Part shown: positions 17,767-25,992 of the stretch, in pieces
How the letters are laid out: the number at the start of each line of letters is the position of its first letter
Numbering within the stretch: position 1 is the stretch's first letter
From: Candidatus Omnitrophota bacterium
Lineage (GTDB): Bacteria > Omnitrophota > Gorgyraeia > Gygaellales > Profunditerraquicolaceae
DNA: 63,569 bases
Reading direction: 5' to 3'
Assembly: GCA_026387435.1 (NCBI GenBank)
Contig: JAPLLS010000085.1
Span: 1-63,569, forward strand
Program-made: the position numbers and the translations under genes
The notes under the pieces: model-generated
The model's input: only the letters and a program-made list of their open reading frames with translations
The model's database searches: none
Told to the model about the DNA's origin: nothing

Positions 17767-18462
17767 TTAGTAACAGCCGATTTGGATGATAGGCGTGGTA
17801 ACAGTTACTCTCGTATCATCTGAGCGACAGGCACGGTCGTATCCGCAACACGGAACAGTGGAACAATAACCCCCGCAACTATCGCAACCCGATCCCCAAG
17901 GAGCCCGGGTACAGTGCACCGACTGGGTGCAAGTGCACGAGAGAGAACCCGGCAAATCCATCCAAGCTCTCGGGCCCACCGTGCAACTGTTCCCGCAACA
18001 TGACTGCGCACAGGCGTTGCAGGTGGCCGAACCAAGAGCAGAGTACGCCCCATACCTCGTCCACCCGACCGGACAAGCAGGCAAATCAAACCGGCATTGC
18101 GATAATCCCGTACCAGTAGGAACGACCTCTCCCCTTGGAACATGATTAGTGCAATCTGACTGGGTATGTGCTGCATTGACAAGAGCGTCGCCGGATGATG
18201 CTGCACCGCCTAACGGCACCCATTTCGCAGTAGCATTTTTGTAAATAAGAATCTCTTCTCTTGACTTATTAAAATACATGACTCCCGGCTGCACCGCTGA
18301 TCCTTGTGGCTCCTCACTGGGATTTAATCGCAAATTCCTATACACTCCGTACGGCGCAGGATAATAAGTAGTAATGGTCAGGGATTCAGTCTGGTTGGAT
18401 TGGGCAAAGCAGATCGTATTTACAAATAAAAACAGAAAATAAAAAAGTAACGTTTTTTTCAT
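17767..18462 (-). CDS. Secreted cysteine-rich protein of unknown function
   Basis: Signal peptide MKKTLLFYFLFLFVNTICFA. N-terminal segment ITTYYPAPYGVYRNLRL. The C-terminal ~130 aa contain 18 Cys (CNACAQSCCGNSC, CTCTQSVHC, CDSCGGYCSTVPCCGYDRAC). The gene is locally G+C-rich (38 of 60 bases in 17881-17940). Confidence 0.6.
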   Translation of the reverse strand: MKKTLLFYFLFLFVNTICFAQSNQTESLTITTYYPAPYGVYRNLRLNPSEEPQGSAVQPGVMYFNKSREEILIYKNATAKWVPLGGAASSGDALVNAAHTQSDCTNHVPRGEVVPTGTGLSQCRFDLPACPVGWTRYGAYSALGSATCNACAQSCCGNSCTVGPRAWMDLPGSLSCTCTQSVHCTRAPWGSGCDSCGGYCSTVPCCGYDRACRSDDTRVTVTTPIIQIGCY

Positions 18463-18543
18463 GATCCACTCTTTCTTATTTTATCAAATATCTTACTTTC
18501 TAACATATTATAACAACTAGATTTAGATTACGCAAGTCTAAAA

Positions 18544-19050
18544 TTAATCTTTTGGCAGGGAATTCAGAACACGGGTGGCTACTTCTTTAATCGAGATTTC
18601 CGAGGTATCGATAGTAATATCCGCCTGGGAGTAGAATTTCTGGCGGTCAGCCAGCAACGCCCTAATGGCTTCCTGAGGATCAGGAACATTCAACAGCGGC
18701 CGGTGATTGGACTTGCGGGTCCTTTCCATGATCACATCCGGTGAAGCAGTTAGGCAAACCATAGTTCCATTGCTTTTCATTAACTTGATATTATCCGGAT
18801 CGATGACGATCCCCCCGCCGCAGGCAATGATCTGGTTTTTCTTAACCGCAACATCTTTGAGGAAATTTTTTTCTAAACCGCGAAAATAAGGCTCTCCTTT
18901 TTCCTTGAAAATATCCGAAATGGTTTTATTTTCCTGCTCCTCGATAAACTTATCCAAATCGATAAAATCACCTTTTATTTCCCGGGATATACGCAACCCT
19001 ACCGAAGATTTACCGGTACCCATGAATCCGACTAGGTAGATATTATTCAT
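18544..19050 (-). CDS. aroK: Shikimate kinase
   Basis: Walker A IYLVGFMGTGKSSVG, substrate motifs DLD...GEPYFR, and ACGGG. Confidence 0.85.
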   Translation of the reverse strand: MNNIYLVGFMGTGKSSVGLRISREIKGDFIDLDKFIEEQENKTISDIFKEKGEPYFRGLEKNFLKDVAVKKNQIIACGGGIVIDPDNIKLMKSNGTMVCLTASPDVIMERTRKSNHRPLLNVPDPQEAIRALLADRQKFYSQADITIDTSEISIKEVATRVLNSLPKD

Positions 19051-19124
19051 TCTTTTTTTTGAAGGTTCCAGGCTGCAGGCAGGGTTATTCGCCTTTTGCC
19101 TGCAACCTGAAACCTTTACCTAAA

Positions 19125-19391
19125 TTACTGCTGATATGCCTCTAGCACCAATTCAGTCAGGCTTTTCCTGGCCTCTTTGGTTACGGGAAAAACCGTATCG
19201 TACCATTTGCCGTCTTTGGATTTCTCCTGCGGCATGGAAAGGAACAAGCCGTTTTTCCCATCCAGGACTTTCAAGCCTTTGATGATGAAATTACCGATAG
19301 AAACATCGGCGAAGGCTTTGATTTTCGACTCACCGTCCAAGCGGTAAAGCCGGACCACCTGCACATCCTGATTCTCTGCCATCGCGATCAC
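19125..19391 (-). CDS. spoVG: SpoVG-family regulatory/nucleic-acid-binding protein
   Basis: KAFADVSIGNFIIKGLKVLDGKNGLFLSMPQEKSKDGKWYDTVFPVTKEARKSL is the canonical SpoVG core. Confidence 0.85.
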   Translation of the reverse strand: MIAMAENQDVQVVRLYRLDGESKIKAFADVSIGNFIIKGLKVLDGKNGLFLSMPQEKSKDGKWYDTVFPVTKEARKSLTELVLEAYQQ

Positions 19392-19438
19392 CCCCCTTCT
19401 ACCTTAATAGACGTAAGGAGGGCGATTTTCTAACTTAA

Positions 19439-20482
19439 TTATTTCTTTATTCTTTTCAAATAATGCTGATACGCGGCTCTAATATCCGCGAGGCTATCCC
19501 CGCCGAATTTCTCAAGTAAAGCATCCGCAAGCACATAAGCACAAACCGCCTCGGCGACCACTCCCGCGGACTCGACCACGCAGATATCCGAGCGCTCGGT
19601 CGCGGCCTTGGAAGAACGCTTGGTCTTGATATTCACCGAATCCAGCGGCTTCATCAACGTAGAAATCGGCTTCATACAGCCCGACAAGACTCTGTCTTCC
19701 CCGTTGGAAATGCCGCCTTCGATCCCCCCGGCATTATTAGTAGAGCGCGAATAACCTTTAGAGTTGGAATAATAGATGGCATCATGAACTTCCGAGCCGA
19801 ATTTGTCCGCGTAACCAAAGCCCAGGCCGATCTCCACCCCTTTGATCCCGGGAATGGACATTATCCCCGCGGCCAGCCGCGAATCCAGCCTGCGGTCCGG
19901 CTGGACATAACTACCCAGACCGATGGGAACGTTCTTGGCGATCACGTCAAAATCACCGCCCAGAGTATCTTTATTGGCCATAGCCAGCTTGATTTTCTCG
20001 ACCCTTTCTTCGTGCGCCACCGCGCCGCCGATGGAAACCACGTTGCTGGTGACGCTGATCCTGAATTCTTTCAAGAAAAGCTTACAGACCGCGCCGATAC
20101 CCACGGTCGCGGCGGTAGAGCGGGCGGAAGCCCGCTCCAGGCATTCCCGGATATCGGAAAAACCGTATTTAAGGAATCCGGCCAAATCAGCGTGGCCGGG
20201 ACGGGGACAAAGGACCGGATGAAGTTTATCAATGCTGAAATCCTTGTTCTTGATCAATATCGCCAGAGGGCTGCCCAGGGTTTTACTGCTTTTAAGCCCC
20301 GAGACCAGAAGCGCAGTGTCATGCTCGATCTGCATGCGTTTGCCCCGGCCAAAACCCATCTGCCGGCGCTTTAATTCGGCGTTGATGAACTTTTCCTCTA
20401 CTTTGATCCCTGCCGGCAGCCCTTCTAAAATCGCCACCAGACCCCTGCCGTGTGATTCTCCTGCAGTCAAATATCTCAACAT
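19439..20482 (-). CDS. aroC: Chorismate synthase
   Basis: MLRYLTAGESHG N-terminus, RPGHAD, and SARSTAATV motifs. Confidence 0.9.
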   Translation of the reverse strand: MLRYLTAGESHGRGLVAILEGLPAGIKVEEKFINAELKRRQMGFGRGKRMQIEHDTALLVSGLKSSKTLGSPLAILIKNKDFSIDKLHPVLCPRPGHADLAGFLKYGFSDIRECLERASARSTAATVGIGAVCKLFLKEFRISVTSNVVSIGGAVAHEERVEKIKLAMANKDTLGGDFDVIAKNVPIGLGSYVQPDRRLDSRLAAGIMSIPGIKGVEIGLGFGYADKFGSEVHDAIYYSNSKGYSRSTNNAGGIEGGISNGEDRVLSGCMKPISTLMKPLDSVNIKTKRSSKAATERSDICVVESAGVVAEAVCAYVLADALLEKFGGDSLADIRAAYQHYLKRIKK

Positions 20483-20494
20483 AATTACCTCCTA

Positions 20495-21064
20495 TTATTC
20501 TTTCCAGAGACCACGGTTATTTTCCCGCGCTTGCTTATACAACTCTTTAAAAGTATCTACATGCTTGACGTTAGGCGGATAAGTCATTAAAGAAGCATAG
20601 CCCTGCTTAACGATCTCGGCGTTAACGAAAGTTCCGTCTTTTAAATAAACATAAGCCAAAAGCCTCTTGTATCTGTCGCGCTTTTCCACGTCGAACTCCA
20701 GGCGCACGCGTTTGCCCTCAACTAAATCCCGGGTAAAGCTATAGGCGCGCTTACCCAGAGCCTGAATGACTTTGACATCCTGGCCGCTTTTCTTGCTGTC
20801 CCGGTATAATTTATTTGATTCGTGCATCTCCGGAGTATCTATACCGATAAGCCTGACCCGTTCTCCGTTTTCCAGCTTCAAAGTATCGCCGTCAACTGCC
20901 CGCTCCACCAGGACATCGTCGTAATTATTAGACCTGCCAAAAGGCAAACTGACCTTAGCCTCTCCGCTAAGATCAGCCCGGGAACCGGCGAACCATCTGC
21001 CCAGCAAGATCACGGCCGTCGCCGCCAGAAATAAAAAACTTTTAGTTACTCTTCTTTTAGACAT
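20495..21064 (-). CDS. Secreted thermonuclease (staphylococcal nuclease/SNase fold)
   Basis: VDGDTLKL...RVRLIGIDTPE...GKRVRLEFD...DRYKRLLAYVYL...NAEIVKQGYA. ATG at 21064 follows the TTG used by the ORF track. Confidence 0.8.
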   Translation of the reverse strand: MSKRRVTKSFLFLAATAVILLGRWFAGSRADLSGEAKVSLPFGRSNNYDDVLVERAVDGDTLKLENGERVRLIGIDTPEMHESNKLYRDSKKSGQDVKVIQALGKRAYSFTRDLVEGKRVRLEFDVEKRDRYKRLLAYVYLKDGTFVNAEIVKQGYASLMTYPPNVKHVDTFKELYKQARENNRGLWKE

Positions 21065-21596
21065 ATTTAGCCACAAACCCGCTTAAAACCGCTACATCCT
21101 CGGTGCAAAAGATCTTAGCAATGCTCCGGTCAAAAAGTATATTCGCTTCCGCCTTGAACTCGTCATCGCCTTTCCAGATCTCGACCATAACCGGCACTCC
21201 GGTAAAGGCATCTTTAACTATCGCCGCATCCGCATTGCCGATCTTAGGGTTTGATTCCTTGATAATAGCTTCGGGATTAGACCCGTATTTGCGTAAAATC
21301 GGCTCGATCGCTCTTTTTCTAAAAGCCGGATAATACGCTTCCCCGCTTTCCAGCTCCTTAAAAGAGATCCATTCTTTGCTTAAAGCCGGCAGCCCCTTTA
21401 ATTTTTGCTCCAGGTAATGCAAAAGCAAAATGGAGACGAAATCTTTAGCCAAGACATTACAGGACAAAGACATGATCTTGCGGGAAACCGCGTCCACGCT
21501 GTACTCTTCGCTAAAAAATTTGATCGCGAAACTTTTCTCCGCGCTAAGCCGCTCTATCTCTGTCCAGGCCTTCCCCAATGCCGCTTCATAACTCAT
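21057..21596 (-). CDS. DUF3786-like protein
   Basis: 179 aa; overall pattern (LSCNVLAKDFVSILLLHYL...WISFKELESGEAYYPAFRKR) recalled as DUF3786. Its stop overlaps the nuclease ATG (TATGTCTAA). Confidence 0.5.
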   Translation of the reverse strand: MSYEAALGKAWTEIERLSAEKSFAIKFFSEEYSVDAVSRKIMSLSCNVLAKDFVSILLLHYLEQKLKGLPALSKEWISFKELESGEAYYPAFRKRAIEPILRKYGSNPEAIIKESNPKIGNADAAIVKDAFTGVPVMVEIWKGDDEFKAEANILFDRSIAKIFCTEDVAVLSGFVAKYV

Positions 21597-21653
21597 GCTT
21601 CATTCTACTATTTATTATTAGATAAATCAACGAAATTAGCTTATAATATTGGC

Positions 21654-23531
21654 ATGATCTACGACCGTTTTCAACAAGAGTCTATCGCCCATATCAATAA
21701 TGGCCATTCCGTAATCGTTTCCGCTCCGACCGGAGCAGGAAAAACCGCTATCGCCGAACATGTCATCCAGACCTGCCTGGACCAGAACGTAGGCGTGATC
21801 TATACCGCTCCCATCAAAGCCTTGTCCAACCAGAAATTCCGCGATTTCCAGGGCAATTATTCGGAGAAGATCGGGATCCTTACCGGAGACGTTTCCATTA
21901 ACGCCGACGCCCCGGTCCTGATCATGACCACCGAGATCTTCCGCAATAAAGTTTTGGATGAGCCGGAATCTTTGAAAAAATACTCCTGGATCATTTACGA
22001 CGAGATCCACTATATCGATAATTACGAGCGCGGCACGGTCTGGGAGGAATCCCTGGTATTTTTACCCAAGCATATGAACCTCTTAGGCCTCTCGGCGACT
22101 ATTCCTAACATCAAACAACTGGCTAACTGGATCTCGACCATCCACAATAAGCCGGTCCAGGTGGTCCTGGAGGAAAAACGGCCGGTGCCTTTGCATTTCT
22201 TTTTCCAGTGCAATAACCAGGTGGTGGACAAAATTACCCATTTAAGAAGAAGCCGGGAAGCTAAAGCCAATAAACTCCACGGCCTGATCGATTACATCCG
22301 CGAACGGGAAGGGCTGCCCTGCATTTATTTTGTTTTTGGAAGAAAAAGGACTGAGGACCTGGCTTTTGAGCTGTCCACCTATAATTTCCTGAATAAAGAC
22401 GAACAGCAGCAGATCGAAAAAATGTTCGATGACCTCTGCCGCCGATTTGAATTGACGAACGAGTCCAGCGCGAGCCTGATCTATCCCCTAATCAAACGCG
22501 GCATCGCCTATCACCACGCCGGGATGCTCCCGACGCTCAAAGAAGTTATCGAGCGGCTTTTTACCAGCCGGCTGATCAAAGTGATCTTCACTACCGAAAC
22601 CTTCGCTTTGGGGATCAACATGCCCAGCCGCACCGTGGTCTTCGACGAGCTGCGCAAATATTACGGCCGCTTTATCCGGCCCTTGAAAACCCGGGATTTT
22701 TACCAGATGGCCGGCCGGGCCGGGCGCAGGGGCATAGATGATGAAGGATTTGTCTATTGCCGGGTCAATCTTAACCGGATCAAGCCGGAAGAAGTAAAAG
22801 AGGTCATCTACAACATGCCGGAAAAAGTAAAAAGCCAGTTCAATACTTCTTATGCCACGGTTTTAAACCTCTACGAAAAATACAAAGACGATCTTTTTAA
22901 TATCTACCCGCTAACCTTGCATTATTTCCAAACCAAGAAGAAGGAGCAGGACGAAGCTCTGAGGCTGATGAACGCGAAATTAAAACTACTCAAAGACTCA
23001 GGCCATATCCAGAATAACAGCCTGACCCCCAAAGGCAGATTCGCCAAAGCGGTCTACGGTTATGAGCTGATCTTGGCCGAACTTTACGAGCAGAATATTT
23101 TCGAGCAGTTGGACGAATTCGGGCTGGGGGTGATCGCGGTTTCCGCGGTGTTCGAACCGAGAAAAAACCAGGAACTGATCAACGTTTCCAAAAAAAGCCG
23201 ACGGCTCAAGCAGCTCTGCGAGGAAATGCACGAGAAGATCAAAGGCCAGGAAGCGCGGCTGCGGATCTATCCTTTCAGCAAAGCCCCTTACTTTAACCTT
23301 TCCCTGGCCATGGAATATTGGCTGCAGGGAACGGCATTCTCCAAAATTTTGCAGTTTACCGATACTGATGAAGGGGAAGTAGTGCGCTATTTCAGGATGG
23401 CAATTCAGATATTGAGGGAAATCCGCGACAACCCGGTTTCTTCAAGCTTCCTTAAAGACCGGATCAAAGAAACAATCCGCATGATCAACCGCGACGTGGT
23501 CGACGCCGAAAAACAACTCCGCGAAAGCTGA
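21654..23531 (+). CDS. Ski2/HelY-like DExH-box RNA helicase with a DSHCT-like C-terminus
   Basis: Motif I SAPTGAGKT, motif II DEIH, SAT, and motif VI QMAGRAGRRG. C-terminal AMEYWLQGTAFSKILQFTDTDEGEVVRYFRMAIQILREI. Start set at ATG 21654 because upstream codons of the tracked ORF are antisense to the DUF3786 gene. Confidence 0.85.
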   Translation: MIYDRFQQESIAHINNGHSVIVSAPTGAGKTAIAEHVIQTCLDQNVGVIYTAPIKALSNQKFRDFQGNYSEKIGILTGDVSINADAPVLIMTTEIFRNKVLDEPESLKKYSWIIYDEIHYIDNYERGTVWEESLVFLPKHMNLLGLSATIPNIKQLANWISTIHNKPVQVVLEEKRPVPLHFFFQCNNQVVDKITHLRRSREAKANKLHGLIDYIREREGLPCIYFVFGRKRTEDLAFELSTYNFLNKDEQQQIEKMFDDLCRRFELTNESSASLIYPLIKRGIAYHHAGMLPTLKEVIERLFTSRLIKVIFTTETFALGINMPSRTVVFDELRKYYGRFIRPLKTRDFYQMAGRAGRRGIDDEGFVYCRVNLNRIKPEEVKEVIYNMPEKVKSQFNTSYATVLNLYEKYKDDLFNIYPLTLHYFQTKKKEQDEALRLMNAKLKLLKDSGHIQNNSLTPKGRFAKAVYGYELILAELYEQNIFEQLDEFGLGVIAVSAVFEPRKNQELINVSKKSRRLKQLCEEMHEKIKGQEARLRIYPFSKAPYFNLSLAMEYWLQGTAFSKILQFTDTDEGEVVRYFRMAIQILREIRDNPVSSSFLKDRIKETIRMINRDVVDAEKQLRES

Positions 23532-23557
23532 TTTACATTAGCACAGAATACCCTGCG

Positions 23558-24454
23558 TTACCGGAAACGATTATTGCTAAAAAAAGACTTAGGAAGTGGG
23601 TCAGTTGCAGCCGGAATTCTCGTGCCAGCGCTAACATTCCTTGGAGACGAGTTCATAGCTCCTTTTAGCTGATCAACGGACCGAAGCAGAGCCACAGGCA
23701 TGTAAATATTTGCACCTATATCAGCCTTCCCCCCCCTTACCGGGTAGTTATTCTTTCCTATAGTAACCGTATTTGTATTTGTAGCAACATTAAAGATAAC
23801 TGGGTTTTTATAACCTGCGGCAGGCGGCGTATTCACTTTGTTCGTGGCCGTCGGACCCATAAAAGGCACTGATCCTTCATCAATAACGTCATAACCTCCT
23901 ACCTTATATTGACCGGGGCCGGTTTTGTAACTATTCGTCTTGCCCATAAAACCCGCGCCTTCATCAATAACGTCATAACCTCCTACCTTATACTGGCCGG
24001 GGCCTGTCTGCCTGTTGCCGGAGTATTTAGCTCGAAGCTGGCCGACAGCAGAGCCCAGGGCGTCACTGTGCCCTCTTCTACCACCAAAGTAGGAATCTTT
24101 TGAAGTATGATCCGTACGTGCCTGAGCTGCAGTAGCCCGCATGGCCTGGCCTGCGGCGGTATTACGGAAGCTGTCGCCGATATCTTTTCTAAGTTGATGG
24201 GCCGTGCGATCAACATTTACAGTCTGTCCGTTTTCATTGGTAGTGGTAAATCTCGCCAAGGGAGCGGCGTGGTTTGAGTTGCTTTGGGAAGGAGCAAATG
24301 TTCCTCCGGCCCTAGTTACCGCATGCATTTCCCCGGAGGTAAACAATCCTTGAGCGCCGAGCGATTCATTTTCATGGTTTCCGGCAAAAGCCGGATTGGA
24401 ATACAATAATATCAATGCTAAAATAACCCCTAAACAAATGTTTACGTTTCTCAT
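23558..24454 (-). CDS. Secreted Gly/Asn/Thr-rich protein with an internal tandem duplication
   Basis: Signal peptide MRNVNICLGVILALILLYSNPAFA. Duplicated TGPGQYKVGGYDVIDEG segment. Confidence 0.55.
   Translation of the reverse strand: MRNVNICLGVILALILLYSNPAFAGNHENESLGAQGLFTSGEMHAVTRAGGTFAPSQSNSNHAAPLARFTTTNENGQTVNVDRTAHQLRKDIGDSFRNTAAGQAMRATAAQARTDHTSKDSYFGGRRGHSDALGSAVGQLRAKYSGNRQTGPGQYKVGGYDVIDEGAGFMGKTNSYKTGPGQYKVGGYDVIDEGSVPFMGPTATNKVNTPPAAGYKNPVIFNVATNTNTVTIGKNNYPVRGGKADIGANIYMPVALLRSVDQLKGAMNSSPRNVSAGTRIPAATDPLPKSFFSNNRFR
23877..24008. repeat. In-frame 84-bp tandem duplication inside the 23558-24454 CDS
   Basis: tcatcaataacgtcataacctcctaccttata... occurs at 23877 and again at 23961 (period 84 nt, 28 codons) with a few substitutions. 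Confidence 0.8.
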
Positions 24455-24583
24455 CGTTTCCTCCGTGGCTTTGAAGTTTTAGATTCTTCAGGAAACTATC
24501 CTTCCTTTGATATAAGTATGCCTTACAAATAACAAGCTTTCAAGGCATAAAAAAAAGATATTGTAAGCGCTTTCTTTTGAAAA

Positions 24584-25402
24584 TTATTTATTCTTCAGGC
24601 TGGCAAGATAGTCCCTAAGGATCAAGCGGTGGTCAAACGCGAACTCCAACCCCTTGATTTCGGCTGGAGAGACCACCTTGGCTTCAGCGGCGTCATCCCC
24701 GGCCCGGGGTTCGCCTTTAGCTTGGCAAACAAAAACCGTGCCCACGGTGTGAAAACGAGGATCGCGCCGAGGATCGGAATAAGTGTGGAATTGCTTCAAA
24801 TCCGTGATCTCTAAACCGGTCTCTTCCTTGGCTTCCCTGGTTACTGCCTGTTCCAAGGATTCTCCGTAATCCACAAAACCTCCGGGAAGCGCAAAGCCAA
24901 AAGGAGGATTGCTGCGTTTAATGATCACGATCCCTCCTTCTACCTCGATGATCGCATCCACGGTTAAAAACGGGGTTTTGAGCTTATTAACGATATAATC
25001 CAGGTACCCCAGGGAATTTTTCTCGAATACCTCATAATCTGCGCGGTTATCCAGGCAAAAAATAATTTCTTTGAGGCTGGTCTCGGTTTCCCGGATATGC
25101 CTCAACACTTCCTGGGCCATGATCTTGGCTGAAGCGACAGCCGAGAATGCCCCTGTCCCGCAACCTAAGGCAGGCAAAGCTATGGAACTGATCTTCTTGT
25201 CACTGGCCTCTTCCAGGACTTTGCGGCAGTTGGAACGGATCTGGCCCTCATCAAGCGGGCAAAACTTCTTTTCTCTTTCCCAGACAGCTTGCAGATCTTC
25301 AGACATGACTAATTCGCCGTCAGCGGGATTGACTAAGGCCTGCGCCCGGACTTCAAAAATTGGACCCTGGATGATCTTTATTTCGGTTTCATTAATGCGC
25401 AT
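24584..25402 (-). CDS. Macro-domain-like / NUDIX hydrolase fusion protein (ADP-ribose processing)
   Basis: N-terminal macro-like ALVNPADGEL...ISSIALPALGCGTGAFS. C-terminal Nudix box GGFVDYGESLEQAVTREAKEETGL (GX5EX7REUXEEXGU). Confidence 0.75.
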   Translation of the reverse strand: MRINETEIKIIQGPIFEVRAQALVNPADGELVMSEDLQAVWEREKKFCPLDEGQIRSNCRKVLEEASDKKISSIALPALGCGTGAFSAVASAKIMAQEVLRHIRETETSLKEIIFCLDNRADYEVFEKNSLGYLDYIVNKLKTPFLTVDAIIEVEGGIVIIKRSNPPFGFALPGGFVDYGESLEQAVTREAKEETGLEITDLKQFHTYSDPRRDPRFHTVGTVFVCQAKGEPRAGDDAAEAKVVSPAEIKGLEFAFDHRLILRDYLASLKNK

Positions 25403-25412
25403 ACTTAACCTT

Positions 25413-25979
25413 CTACGAGGAAAGCATTCCCTTGTCTTTGAGCGTTTTTCTCAACCTGTCGAATGCAGCGGCCAGCTCCTTGAATTCATCGTAAGAACGG
25501 AAGTGGAAAGGAGGAATATCTTTGCCCTGGCTGAGCATATCCAGCGATTTAGTCAGCCTTAAAAGAGGGCCGGCAACCCGGTGCGAAAAAAGGAGCGCTA
25601 TTGTCCCGGCCAGAACCAGGATCACCGAAAGCAGGAAGATAATCGACATTTTGGTTTTGGCCCATTTTTCCATGGTCTTGAAATATTCGATCTTCAGGTT
25701 CTCGCCGAGTATGGACAGCCTTTTTTGCAATACTTCCACTTTGTTGATCGCTTCAGGAGGATAATTAGCGCTCTTAAGCTGCCGTACGGTGGCGTCAATC
25801 GAAGAAACCTCAATATTGACCTGGTTTTTCTCCCGGGCCAGAAATATCTCTCCGCTATAAATCAAAAAATAGGTGCAGAAAACACTCATCAACAGCGCCG
25901 GCAGAATAGTCATCCCGATATATTTAAACTGGCTGGACGGGTGAATTAAATACTTCTTTCTATGGGTTAATTTATTCAT
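25413..25979 (-). CDS. Membrane protein with two TM helices and a HAMP domain
   Basis: TM1 ILPALLMSVFCTYFLIY, TM2 IIFLLSVILVLAGTIALLF, then a HAMP-like SHRVAGPLLRLTKSLDMLSQGKD...EFKELAAAFDRL. No output domain. Confidence 0.6.
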   Translation of the reverse strand: MNKLTHRKKYLIHPSSQFKYIGMTILPALLMSVFCTYFLIYSGEIFLAREKNQVNIEVSSIDATVRQLKSANYPPEAINKVEVLQKRLSILGENLKIEYFKTMEKWAKTKMSIIFLLSVILVLAGTIALLFSHRVAGPLLRLTKSLDMLSQGKDIPPFHFRSYDEFKELAAAFDRLRKTLKDKGMLSS

Positions 25980-25992
25980 CCTTGCCTCCTCC

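Noticed and set aside
17805-18206. Alternative-frame ORFs inside the cysteine-rich gene (17805-18206, 17879-18076, 17927-18145)
   Set aside because: They are by-products of the local high G+C content, which leaves few stop codons. Only the 17767-18462 frame has a signal peptide and a coherent Cys pattern.
19071-19107. Hairpin GGCTGCAGGCA...TGCCTGCAACC between spoVG and aroK as a terminator
   Set aside because: On the transcribed (minus) strand it is followed by an A-run, not a U-run. It therefore does not fit an intrinsic terminator on either strand. It may just be an intercistronic structure.
21405-21653. N-terminal 83-codon extension of the helicase ORF
   Set aside because: It overlaps the DUF3786 gene on the opposite strand and adds no helicase similarity. 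The conserved Q-motif/motif I region begins right after the ATG at 21654.
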